This document shows, in pieces, positions 49,900 to 58,977 of a stretch of 64,000 nucleotides of DNA. The DNA is taken from positions 148,343 to 212,342 of IMG/VR virus record IMGVR_UViG_3300046170_000378. One strand, given 5' to 3'. The position numbers and the translations under genes were made by a program. The notes under the pieces are model-generated. The model was given only the letters and a program-made list of their open reading frames with translations. It made no database searches and was not told where the DNA came from. How positions within the stretch are numbered: the stretch's first letter is position 1; each line of letters begins with the position of its first letter.

Positions 49900-50730
49900 A
49901 TGGAGAAAGTAAAACTCTTTGAAGATTTCACTGCTAATACAAAAACATATGTCTTTGTTGGTGATATTATGCAACACCCCGAACAGATCAATTATGAATT
50001 AGATCATAACTTTTCTTATAGTGGAGTTTTTGATGAGGTTTTATTTTTATTCAAAGGCGCTGACATGGTTCTAGGAAATCTAGAAACTACAATTTCTAAG
50101 TCTATCGATACAGACGTTGAGGATAGAACAGGAAAATTCAAAGCGCATCCTAATTTTTTAAAAGCTCTCTTGCAAGCCGGATTTTCACACTTAGCCACAG
50201 AAAACAATCACATGCTAGATTTTAAAGAAGATGGTTATAAAGAAACTTTAAAATTAATTCAAGAAGCTGGTTTAATTCCAATTAATAAAAACTCGCAAGA
50301 AATTCTAAATTTCACAACACACATTAACGGTCAAGATAGATTATCATTAGAACAAATTAAGGAATTAATCAAATCATCTAATGACACTTCAGGTATTGCA
50401 TACATTCATTGGGGTGATCAATATAATACAAAACCAACGAACGAACAAATAGAAGTTGCTGAACTTTTACGAGAAGCAGGGTATCCAATCATTATCGGTT
50501 CAGGTACACACACTTACAATGCCACGGTGTATGACGGTAATCTTATAGCTTATTCTCTGGGTGATTTTTTATCTGATCATCAAGCACCAAATACGACAGA
50601 CGTTGGAAAAATACTTGTTGTTAAGACTACTGAAGATAGAGTAACTAAAGTAAAGGAGTATTATACGACTACGAACACAGATCAAGGTAAAAGCAAAATC
50701 GTTATTACGGATTCTAAAGTAATTTTATAA
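49900..50730 (+). CDS. CapA/PGA_cap-family metallophosphoesterase-like protein
   Basis: VGDIM, GNLET, ENNHMLDF, IHWG, IIGSGTH, AYSLGDF. Confidence 0.8.
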   Translation: MEKVKLFEDFTANTKTYVFVGDIMQHPEQINYELDHNFSYSGVFDEVLFLFKGADMVLGNLETTISKSIDTDVEDRTGKFKAHPNFLKALLQAGFSHLATENNHMLDFKEDGYKETLKLIQEAGLIPINKNSQEILNFTTHINGQDRLSLEQIKELIKSSNDTSGIAYIHWGDQYNTKPTNEQIEVAELLREAGYPIIIGSGTHTYNATVYDGNLIAYSLGDFLSDHQAPNTTDVGKILVVKTTEDRVTKVKEYYTTTNTDQGKSKIVITDSKVIL

Positions 50731-50759
50731 ACAATTTTTATTTACATCATATAAGTAGT

Positions 50760-50954
50760 ATGAAAGATAAAAAAACAGACGAAGTCATAGACATTTTAGA
50801 AGGAAGGACCAAAGAGTGGAATCCTAATGATTGGCAAGGTAGATCTAAATCACAAGTAGAAGGTAATTACAAGATTTTAGATTGGACTTTAATGGGTGTA
50901 GGAATATTTTTATTTGGTTGGGTAGTATATACCGCCATCACTTCTTTATTCTAA
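50760..50954 (+). CDS. Small membrane protein
   Basis: ORF track; C-terminal TM. Confidence 0.55.
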   Translation: MKDKKTDEVIDILEGRTKEWNPNDWQGRSKSQVEGNYKILDWTLMGVGIFLFGWVVYTAITSLF

Positions 50955-50958
50955 TAAT

Positions 50959-51165
50959 TTGAGTAAGTTGCCTGAACTAGACGAGCTTAATTACTATCAA
51001 ATGATGGATAGGCTCCACACTACAATGGTAAATATAAACACTCACATTCAACAAAACCCAGTTTCTAAAATAGACACAGAAGTAAAAGATCATGTGTGTA
51101 ATGCAGTAGATCATTTATTTAAGGCATATAAATTAGTAGAAGCTAAATTAAATAATAATGAATAA
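50959..51165 (+). CDS. Hypothetical protein
   Basis: ORF track (TTG start). Confidence 0.5.
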   Translation: MSKLPELDELNYYQMMDRLHTTMVNINTHIQQNPVSKIDTEVKDHVCNAVDHLFKAYKLVEAKLNNNE

Positions 51166-52234
51166 ACAAGAACAATTTTTACATGACTATTTGAATGCTT
51201 ATGCACCAGTAGCTCAAGAAACTGAAGGTCAACAAATATGGTCAGATTATATTAAACCATATTGTGATTTCTTAAAACAAGATGCATATGGAACTAGTTA
51301 TGGTATTTTAAAAGGAAGAACTGGATCTAGAAAGAATTCAAATCGTGTAATCATTGAAGCACACTGTGACGAGATTGCATGGATAATTACACATATCGAA
51401 AAAGATGGAATGATTAGAGTTAGACGCCATGGTGGGTCTGATAATATGATAGCACCATCAAAGTCTGTAATGATCCATACACATGATGGCAAAAAAGTTA
51501 GAGGAGTTTTTGGATGGCCAGCAATCCACACACGAACAAAAAGAGTCGAACAAGGATATGATCAACATGAATTGTGGGTAGATTGTGGACTTAAAGATTT
51601 TGATGCTGTAAATGCAGCTGGTGTTGAAGTTGGAAACCTAATCACATTTGACACACAATTAGAAGAGATTGGAGACTACTATGTCGGTAGATCGTTAGAT
51701 AATAAGATAGGTGGTTACATCATAGCAGAAGCTCTTAGAACTATTTGGGAAAAAGGTGTTGGTTTACCATATGATTTATATGTAGTAAACTCAGTTCAAG
51801 AAGAAGTTGGCCTTTATGGTGCTAAGAAAATAGCTAAAGAACTACAAGCAGATTTGGCACTCGTACACGATGTGTGCCATAATGTTAATACACCAAAAAT
51901 GGACCGAGCTAAGTATGGCCCAGTCGATGGTGGCAAAGGACCTTCATTAGAATACACATCTCAAAATCATAGAGGTATTTTAAATATGTTAAAGGACGTA
52001 GCTAAAGATGCAAAATTACCATTGCAACATCACGTTGGCAGTTATGGTAATGACACTGTTGCTTTCTTTTTAGAAAACACTCCAACTGCAATTCTAGCAA
52101 CACCTGTCAAATATATGCATACTACTGTAGAAATGGCACATAAAGAAGATGTAGAAAATTGCATTAAATTGTTTGTAGAATTCTTAGAGGCACTAACTCC
52201 AGAAAAAATAGATGAAATTAATAATAAGGGGTGA
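51158..52234 (+). CDS. M42 family aminopeptidase
   Basis: AHCDEI, LDNKIG, VQEEVG, HDV, YMHT. Confidence 0.9.
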   Translation: MNKQEQFLHDYLNAYAPVAQETEGQQIWSDYIKPYCDFLKQDAYGTSYGILKGRTGSRKNSNRVIIEAHCDEIAWIITHIEKDGMIRVRRHGGSDNMIAPSKSVMIHTHDGKKVRGVFGWPAIHTRTKRVEQGYDQHELWVDCGLKDFDAVNAAGVEVGNLITFDTQLEEIGDYYVGRSLDNKIGGYIIAEALRTIWEKGVGLPYDLYVVNSVQEEVGLYGAKKIAKELQADLALVHDVCHNVNTPKMDRAKYGPVDGGKGPSLEYTSQNHRGILNMLKDVAKDAKLPLQHHVGSYGNDTVAFFLENTPTAILATPVKYMHTTVEMAHKEDVENCIKLFVEFLEALTPEKIDEINNKG

Positions 52235-52283
52235 AACCTTTAAAAAATAACAAGTATAATACCCGAACAAAAATAAATTAAAC

Positions 52284-52643
52284 ATGTCTTATCAAATTAG
52301 AAAGGTAGAACGTTACACAAACTGGGAAGCTACACAAGCAGTAGATATTGATCCTAGTGATTTTACAGATCTTGCGACATTTCCCTACGAAGGCGATTCA
52401 GAACAAGATTTTGTTGAGTATATTCAAGATCTTTATTACGAAGATTGGTATGAAATTTGTGAAGAATTAGAAAGTTTAGATAGATTGACATCAGCAGACG
52501 CCTTGGCAACTATATTTGAAGGTGAAATGGAAATCTATTCCTCATCTGTAGAAAAAGAAGAGGTTTCGTGGATCGAAGTTGGGGAAATTGACGAATCATA
52601 TAGCAAGTATGGTGGTTTTAACGCAAGTGCTAGCACATTATAA
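52284..52643 (+). CDS. Acidic hypothetical protein
   Basis: ORF track; TGAAAC motif upstream. Confidence 0.65.
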   Translation: MSYQIRKVERYTNWEATQAVDIDPSDFTDLATFPYEGDSEQDFVEYIQDLYYEDWYEICEELESLDRLTSADALATIFEGEMEIYSSSVEKEEVSWIEVGEIDESYSKYGGFNASASTL

Positions 52644-52705
52644 TAAATTTTTGAAACAAAAAAGAGTAATCATATATAATTAGTATTAAACAAATAAATT
52701 AAACA

Positions 52706-52882
52706 ATGGAAGAATTATTAAACCAAATGAACGAGATTTTAGCTGACATCCAAGATGACGCAGTAAAATTTGAAGAAAAAGGAAATAAAGCAGCAGGTAC
52801 AAGAGTACGTAAAGCGATGCAAAACATCAAAGCTGTGGCACAAGAAGTAAGAGTTTACGTAAGCGCTAAAAACAACGCGTAA
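52706..52882 (+). CDS. Histone H1-like (Hc1 family) small DNA-binding protein, 58 aa
   Basis: Manually translated, missed by the track: KFEEKGNKAAGTRVRKAMQNIKAVAQEVR. Confidence 0.75.
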   Translation: MEELLNQMNEILADIQDDAVKFEEKGNKAAGTRVRKAMQNIKAVAQEVRVYVSAKNNA

Positions 52883-52929
52883 GTAAACAAAAGTCTATTC
52901 AGCAATTGAGACTTAAAATATAGATTGTT

Positions 52930-53003
52930 GGGGGATTAGCTCAGCTGGCTAGAGCGCCTGCCTTGCACGCAGGAGGTCATCAGTTCGACTCTGATATTCT
53001 CCA
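52930..53003 (+). tRNA. trnA: tRNA-Ala(UGC)
   Basis: CCTGC-CTTGCAC-GCAGG; G3:U70 pair; no CCA. Confidence 0.93.
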
Positions 53004-53029
53004 CTGAAGACACAGTTCTTTGAAATATT

Positions 53030-53430
53030 GGGAAGGCACATTTGATACTGATCATTGATGATGTGAGTGTATTGCCGAAAAAATCCTGACGGAAAGAGGG
53101 ATTAAGGCACACCAGACACCGAACACGTTTCGGCTTAGTTGCAGAAGTGAGTAACTAAGACTTGGCAAAGTAGATGGTGGTAGATCGAGAAAGATAACAT
53201 AAACTAATCTTTCTAGGAGCATTGCAAGTACCCGAGAGGAAATCTTGCCCAAGTGACCGAATATCCTGTCTTATTAGGGGATAAGGTACAATCAAAGCCG
53301 TTGCGGCGCTACAACGAGATTAACCATCTTGAGTAGAACTTGAAATAATAGTAAAGTTGATTGGTATGCAGTAATCATTACAATAAGTCGATCTTCTAGA
53401 GCTGGTATACTCTAGTACACGATCCTTCCT
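53030..53430 (+). ncRNA. Candidate ~400-nt highly structured noncoding RNA
   Basis: No + strand ORF of 60 aa or more; closing stem GGGAAGG/CCTTCCT; at least 7 internal helices; flanked by tRNAs. Confidence 0.6.
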
Positions 53431-53441
53431 TTTTTTATTAA

Positions 53442-53517
53442 GCGAAAGTAGCTCAGCTGGTAGAGCATGACCTTGCCAAGGTCAGGGTCGCCGGTTCGAA
53501 CCCGGTCTTTCGCTCCA
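53442..53517 (+). tRNA. trnG: tRNA-Gly(GCC)
   Basis: TGACC-TTGCCAA-GGTCA; CCA. Confidence 0.93.
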
Positions 53518-53611
53518 TCAACAAAGAGAAATGTATCCTTACTTCTCTTGAGTTCGAGGACACGCAGCATAAAATTCTAGACAAGCAGAAGTCGTAGGTT
53601 CCCGAACACCT

Positions 53612-53651
53612 AAACCGCCTATCCGATACAGGAAACAGCGGTTTTTTTTTT
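53612..53651 (+). terminator. Terminator after RNA operon
   Basis: AAACCGC...GCGGTTT followed by a long T-run. Confidence 0.7.
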
Positions 53652-53695
53652 GAAACAAACAACCCTTTGTAAATATAATATAAAAGATTTTAGAC

Positions 53696-53917
53696 ATGAA
53701 TATAGAATTATGGATTGACCAATTACAATTAGATCAAATGGTCAAAAATATAGAGAATCCAATTGAAGCTGCTGAAGAGGCATTTGAAAACTTAGTAGAA
53801 TACACAACATTGCCAACATTAGAAGGACAAATATGTGTCTCAGTTAACTATGATACATATATTAGTTTGATTGACAATGACCTATTGTCTGAGTGGACTG
53901 TAAATGAAAATCTATAA
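53696..53917 (+). CDS. Hypothetical protein
   Basis: ORF track. Confidence 0.6.
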   Translation: MNIELWIDQLQLDQMVKNIENPIEAAEEAFENLVEYTTLPTLEGQICVSVNYDTYISLIDNDLLSEWTVNENL

Positions 53918-53919
53918 TT

Positions 53920-54201
53920 ATGAATAAAGAAGATCTTAAAACAGGCAGAGTATTAGTTGATTTTTATGCTAATTGGTGTGGGCCATGCAGAATGCTAAGT
54001 AAACAATTAGATCAATATCAAGAAGAAATTACAGAAGTAAATGTAATTAAGGTTGATATTGAAGTGGAACATGAAATGGCACAAGCGTTCGGTGTTAGAT
54101 CTCTTCCAACACTAGTTTATATGGAAAATGGAGAAGTGATTGACAAGACAACTGGTATGATGCGAGTTAATGAATTAAAGCAATTTACTAAAACAGAATA
54201 A
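53920..54201 (+). CDS. trxA: Thioredoxin
   Basis: LVDFYANWCGPCR, VRSLPT. Confidence 0.93.
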   Translation: MNKEDLKTGRVLVDFYANWCGPCRMLSKQLDQYQEEITEVNVIKVDIEVEHEMAQAFGVRSLPTLVYMENGEVIDKTTGMMRVNELKQFTKTE

Positions 54202-54202
54202 T

Positions 54203-54688
54203 ATGAAATGGTTAACAAGTACCTTTACTTACTGGTACGACTTGTATAAAGATATAAGAATGTGGTGGATCTTTAGAAAAACCGCTAGAGAAAATATTAA
54301 GATGCTCAATGAAGAGCATGAACTTAGAGTCGATTGGTTGGGTAGAATTTACGGTGTGGTTAATCTGCCAGAAGAAGTAAGATCTGCATCATTAGATGTA
54401 CAACAAGCATACGTCTTACAACAAATTACAAAGTATGGTGATTGCATGCTCAAAATAGGATTAGCTGATGTTGTATATCCACAAATAGAAAAAGTCAAAG
54501 ACAGTGCCTCATTCCTAATAGTATTGTGGCCAGTATTTGATGATTTATCATTATTGCCTATTCTGGGTAATATTATTAAAACAACATTTGTTGCATTTAT
54601 AACATTCGTGATCGTTAAATTCACATACGGTAATCTAGATCTAGTTTCAGCTTTGTGGGAGAAAGCATCTAATTGGATTAAATCATAA
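54203..54688 (+). CDS. Hypothetical membrane protein
   Basis: ORF track; C-terminal hydrophobic segments. Confidence 0.65.
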   Translation: MKWLTSTFTYWYDLYKDIRMWWIFRKTARENIKMLNEEHELRVDWLGRIYGVVNLPEEVRSASLDVQQAYVLQQITKYGDCMLKIGLADVVYPQIEKVKDSASFLIVLWPVFDDLSLLPILGNIIKTTFVAFITFVIVKFTYGNLDLVSALWEKASNWIKS

Positions 54689-54692
54689 AAGT

Positions 54693-55457
54693 TTGGAAGG
54701 ATACGAAATTAATAGAGTCCAGGAAAATGGACTAAGATTCTATAGAGTAACCAAAGGTGACGAAGAAGTTGCAAAGTTACCATCTGTAACCACTGTCTTA
54801 GGTAATACCAAAGACATGTCTGGTTTAGAGAAGTGGAAAAAAAGAGTTGGTGAAGCAGAAGCCAACCGCATTTCTACATTGTCTATGAATAGAGGTACTA
54901 TTATGCACAGATTAATAGAACTTTATAAAGGAGAGACTTCGGGTGAACCAGAAGAAAGGTTAGCACAACTAAAGGAAATCTCTAAAGAAGACGAAGAAGT
55001 TAATCAATTCAAAGACGAAGAATTAGGAGCTTTCTTTTTACAACAAGCATGGACATTTTTTTACAAATTCTATTATAATCACGATGTGTACTTCGATAGA
55101 ATAAATGAGGTACTAGAAGCAGAAACTTTTTTATGGACCACTAAAGGTGGTGGATGGGCAGGAACAGTAGATAACATATCTGAACTTGTTGATAATAAAA
55201 TTATGATCATTGATTATAAGAATTCTCGTAAGCCTAAACAAGAAAAATGGATTCAAGATTACTTCTTACAGGCTGCAGCTTATTTTATAGCATATTGGGA
55301 TATGTCAGGTAAAAAGGCAGATGGTGCAGAGATTTGGATTGCTAATGAATTAGATAATTTACCACAAACATTTAGCATCACTCAAAGAGATTTGGAGTTC
55401 TATGCAAAGGAGTTTATGAAGCGCAGGAAGACGTTTAAAGAAAAATTCGATATATAA
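54693..55457 (+). CDS. PD-(D/E)XK exonuclease (Cas4-like phage exonuclease family)
   Basis: LPSVTTVL, GTIMH, AGTVD, IIDYKNS, YFLQAAAY. Confidence 0.85.
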   Translation: MEGYEINRVQENGLRFYRVTKGDEEVAKLPSVTTVLGNTKDMSGLEKWKKRVGEAEANRISTLSMNRGTIMHRLIELYKGETSGEPEERLAQLKEISKEDEEVNQFKDEELGAFFLQQAWTFFYKFYYNHDVYFDRINEVLEAETFLWTTKGGGWAGTVDNISELVDNKIMIIDYKNSRKPKQEKWIQDYFLQAAAYFIAYWDMSGKKADGAEIWIANELDNLPQTFSITQRDLEFYAKEFMKRRKTFKEKFDI

Positions 55458-55479
55458 TACATAAATTAAACATAACATT

Positions 55480-55779
55480 ATGAACAAATTTAATACATTT
55501 TTAGCAGATCACGGTACAAAATTAATTCTTGTATTGTTGGTTTTAACATACTTCAAATCATGCGGAATTGATTCTGAAGTTGAAAAAACAAAGAAAGAAC
55601 TTAGACAAGTTGAGGCAGAAATTGACACACTAAATGCTACATTAATTAACACTATCATTACTGAAGAAAAGATGATAGAATTGATTAAAGAAACTCCAGC
55701 TTGGAAAACTTTAAGAATTGAAGAGATTTCAGATAAAGAAAGAATTTCAATCAACGCATTAGAAGAAAAAGAAGATTAA
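55480..55779 (+). CDS. Late TM/coiled-coil protein (spanin-like candidate)
   Basis: Late motif at 55449; N-terminal TM, KSC, coiled coil. Confidence 0.5.
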   Translation: MNKFNTFLADHGTKLILVLLVLTYFKSCGIDSEVEKTKKELRQVEAEIDTLNATLINTIITEEKMIELIKETPAWKTLRIEEISDKERISINALEEKED

Positions 55780-55784
55780 TTTTT

Positions 55785-56130
55785 ATGTCAAAGGAGAATA
55801 ATCATTCAGAAATAGCCAAAAAATTTGGTATAATTACTCCACCTACAATAAAGACGCCTGATGAACAACCTTCACAGATTAGTCAAATATTTACAGGATG
55901 GGCTAATTATATTAAAGATAAATTTGATAGGCTTTCTCCAGAAGTAAAAGAACTCAGTGAATCTAGGTTAAAATCTTGCGACTCATGTCATATGAGATCT
56001 GGACACAAATGTGATCCTAGTAAACAGGGTAAAAACGTAAAAACAGGCAATATGGTAAATGGGCTGTGGATGTAATATTGCTGCTAAAACCATGTCACCT
56101 GGATCATCTTGTCCTTTAGGCAAGTGGTAA
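55785..56130 (+). CDS. Small Cys-rich protein (CxxC..C..CGC..CPLGKW), +1 indel at ~56062
   Basis: Removing one G extends the frame to CGCNIAAKTMSPGSSCPLGKW*. Confidence 0.6.
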
Positions 56131-56145
56131 ATATACAATAATAAA

Positions 56146-57163
56146 ATGGACAGAAATAAATTAGTAAAAAGATTTGTAATAGGTACGTTTATAACGACTA
56201 TACGCGTTAGTGTCTGTTATTTCTACTATTCACGTAATCGACTTTTTTGAGTTATCTAACCCATATTGGTTAGCAGTTACATTGGCAATAGGTTTTGAAA
56301 TAGGAGCAGCAGCTTCTTTGGCGTCTTTAGTGATTTTAAAGAAGATGAATAAAACTTTAGTTTGGGCATTATTCATTACTATTACATTAATGCAAATGCA
56401 AGGAAACATGTATTACGCATTTATAAATTTAGAAGATTTTGGAAGTTGGGCAGAGTTATTTGACCTGATAGATGAAGATATTATTGATCAAAAAAGAATT
56501 TTAGCATTTGTTTCAGGTGCAATACTTCCTTTAATTGCATTAGGATTTATTAAATCTCTAGTTGATTATATCAAACCAGAAGATGAGGACGAAGAATGGG
56601 ATGATGAAATCCCAGAAGACAGTATGTTAAATGACATTGAAAAAAATCTCGAAGAGGATGTTGAAGAAATGTATGATGCATATGTCGATAGACATGCTCC
56701 AGATCCAATAGATGAAGCTGAGTTTTTTGCAGCACATGATAACGGATTCGATGAGGAGCACGCATTAGACTTAGTACTTAATGATATGGTCGAGGACTTG
56801 ACAGATGAAGAACTAGATGATATTTTTGAAGAAGATTTAGATTTACTTGAAGAAGAACTAGATAAAGCTGAAGAAGAACTAGATAAAGCTGAAGAAGAAC
56901 TAGATAAAGTTGAAGAAGAGTTAGAAGAATTATCTGATAAGTTTGAAGTAGAAAATACTTCAGGAGATGTAGAAGTAATAAAAGTTAATCGTTCTAATCC
57001 ACCTTCTGCAACAGATGGAATGACCCAGTCAGAAATTGAAGCTTGGCAAACATTACACAGAAAGGGTGAAGAAGACTTACTAAAGAAGGCGCTAGATAAC
57101 AAGGCTAATTCAGACATGAAAGATTACATTAAAAAAGATTCAGATGCAAATAACAAATCTTAA
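56146..57163 (+). CDS. Multi-TM protein with acidic coiled-coil tail (indel at ~56195)
   Basis: Four hydrophobic segments; EEELDKA 21-bp repeat x3; upstream ATG at 56146. Confidence 0.6.
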
Positions 57164-57581
57164 TATAGATTTATCTAAAAAATATATTAACGAACCTTTA
57201 CAAAAAGAAGCACTAGTAGAAGTTGTTAAAGGTGGTAGCCATTTTACGGCACATAGGCTATATTTAATAGTTAATGGTTTAAAAGAAAGGTATAAGTTTT
57301 TAGAAGTAGACGATCATGAAAAATATGTTGTTTCGGCATCAGTGTATGTAAAATATGCATACGCAGGTAAAGCTAAACACCAAGTAGATTCTATTTCTTT
57401 TATGAAACCTCTTTTAAAACAGAAGAATGAATATAAGATTTCATTTTATATCACTGAACGAGAAACTAGAAAAGAGTTATTTTCATTTAAACACACAACA
57501 ACAAGCCAACAGGAATTGTGTGATCTGATCAATGATCTCAGAAATAAAACACAAAAGATATGCAATCAAAATACATTGTAA
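57144..57581 (+). CDS. Hypothetical protein
   Basis: ORF track. Confidence 0.6.
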   Translation: MQITNLNIDLSKKYINEPLQKEALVEVVKGGSHFTAHRLYLIVNGLKERYKFLEVDDHEKYVVSASVYVKYAYAGKAKHQVDSISFMKPLLKQKNEYKISFYITERETRKELFSFKHTTTSQQELCDLINDLRNKTQKICNQNTL

Positions 57582-58480
57582 AATTTGGGCAGACCGGTGA
57601 TTTAGTATCTATACTACAAGATGCGTTAGGTGTAAAACAGGATGGTGTTTTTGGGCATGTGACAAAACAAGCGGTTCGTTTATTTCAAATACAACACAAA
57701 TTACAAGCGGATTCAGTAGTTGGACACGTGACATGGCTTAAGTTGGGTATTAATCCACTAGAATTAGATGCAGATACTGACATTACTACTTCTGCAACAT
57801 GGATTGAGCAGTATAATTTACCAGAAGGAGAATACGTTAACGAGATAGATGCTAAGCGATATATTTTTATATCTGTAAATAATGGCCAACATTCGCCATA
57901 TGAAGTTATAGACAGATGGGCTTCTGATCAAAGAGGTAGAGTTGGGGCGCATTATGTTATAGGTGGATTAGCAACGCATTTAGATGTTGATAAATTATCA
58001 GGGTCAGATAGTACATATGACGGTAAAGTTTTGCAAGCAATCAAAGATGAAAACAGAGGGTTTCATTTAGGTCGTATTAAGTCACATAAATTAATTAAAC
58101 ACAGTATAAGTGTAGAGCTGTGTTCTGCAGGGTATTTGAAAGAACAAGGAGGTAAGTATTTTACGTGGTATAATCAAGAAGTACATCCTAGTCAAGTTGT
58201 TAGATTAGAAAAATCATATAGAGGTTATAGATATTTTCACAAATATTCACAGAATCAGTTGGAATCATTAGAAGCATTACTAAAACTATTATGTGAAAAA
58301 CATGAGATCTATAATTATTCCACAGATATTAATAAACTCAGAGTCTCTGGCGTTAATCATTTTGATGATGCTATTGAATCTGACTTGAAAGTTTCTTCAA
58401 GAGACGTTCTAAGAAGCGATACTATAAGTATATCTCCACAAAGTGGATTATTAGATGTTCTTAGTAGATTTACCAGATGA
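57560..58480 (+). CDS. Endolysin paralog (PG-binding + amidase_2-like) lacking Zn ligands
   Basis: Colinear with 44056 gene: DGVFGHVT, LPEGEY, RGRVGAHYVIGG, SVELCSAGYL, RYFHKYS..Q.E.L. Confidence 0.75.
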   Translation: MQSKYIVKFGQTGDLVSILQDALGVKQDGVFGHVTKQAVRLFQIQHKLQADSVVGHVTWLKLGINPLELDADTDITTSATWIEQYNLPEGEYVNEIDAKRYIFISVNNGQHSPYEVIDRWASDQRGRVGAHYVIGGLATHLDVDKLSGSDSTYDGKVLQAIKDENRGFHLGRIKSHKLIKHSISVELCSAGYLKEQGGKYFTWYNQEVHPSQVVRLEKSYRGYRYFHKYSQNQLESLEALLKLLCEKHEIYNYSTDINKLRVSGVNHFDDAIESDLKVSSRDVLRSDTISISPQSGLLDVLSRFTR

Positions 58481-58523
58481 AACTTATAATAGATTTTTTA
58501 TATAACTTTTAAATAATTATAAC

Positions 58524-58760
58524 ATGCAAAAAGTATCTAATACACAACCTAACAATACAGAAGCAGAAGCTCAAGTGCTTTCTTCTCCATTTGAAGAGGT
58601 AAAGAACATGAATCAAGTAATGGCGGTTAATGTTCTTATTCAAGCAGCAAATGCTGCACAAGGCGCAGGAGCACTAAGCGTCCGTGATTCAGTTTTGGTA
58701 GCTAGCGCTGCCGAGTTTTTAACTCAAAGAACTACTGATACCACAAATGAAAAAGCTTAA
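58524..58760 (+). CDS. Hypothetical protein
   Basis: ORF track; TGAAAC motif upstream. Confidence 0.65.
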   Translation: MQKVSNTQPNNTEAEAQVLSSPFEEVKNMNQVMAVNVLIQAANAAQGAGALSVRDSVLVASAAEFLTQRTTDTTNEKA

Positions 58761-58977
58761 AGACATCTCATTAGAAGAGTTAAATCAAAAGTATACCGAT
58801 TTAATTAGACCTACTAATTTTATTCACGTTTTTAAATCAGACGATGAATTTAGAGAATGGGCTAGATTAGGTAGCACTGAAGATTTAGAATGGGCAATTA
58901 AAGAATTTGAAAAGGATGAACTTTTCAAATACTGTAACATTTTAAAACAAATTAAAGATGAAAATAGAAGTATCTAA
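58747..58977 (+). CDS. Hypothetical protein
   Basis: ORF track. Confidence 0.6.
   Translation: MKKLKDISLEELNQKYTDLIRPTNFIHVFKSDDEFREWARLGSTEDLEWAIKEFEKDELFKYCNILKQIKDENRSI

Noticed and set aside
53030-53430. RNase P RNA or tmRNA identity for the large RNA
   Set aside because: No GAGGAAAGUCC/P4 pair and no tRNA-like ends or tag ORF recognised; left unassigned
53052-53662. Minus-strand ORFs 53052-53252 and 53453-53662
   Set aside because: Antisense to the structured RNA and tRNA-Gly, with no recognisable protein features
54693-55457. Cas4-like nuclease as evidence of a CRISPR-Cas system
   Set aside because: No array or other cas genes; stand-alone exonucleases of this family are common in phages
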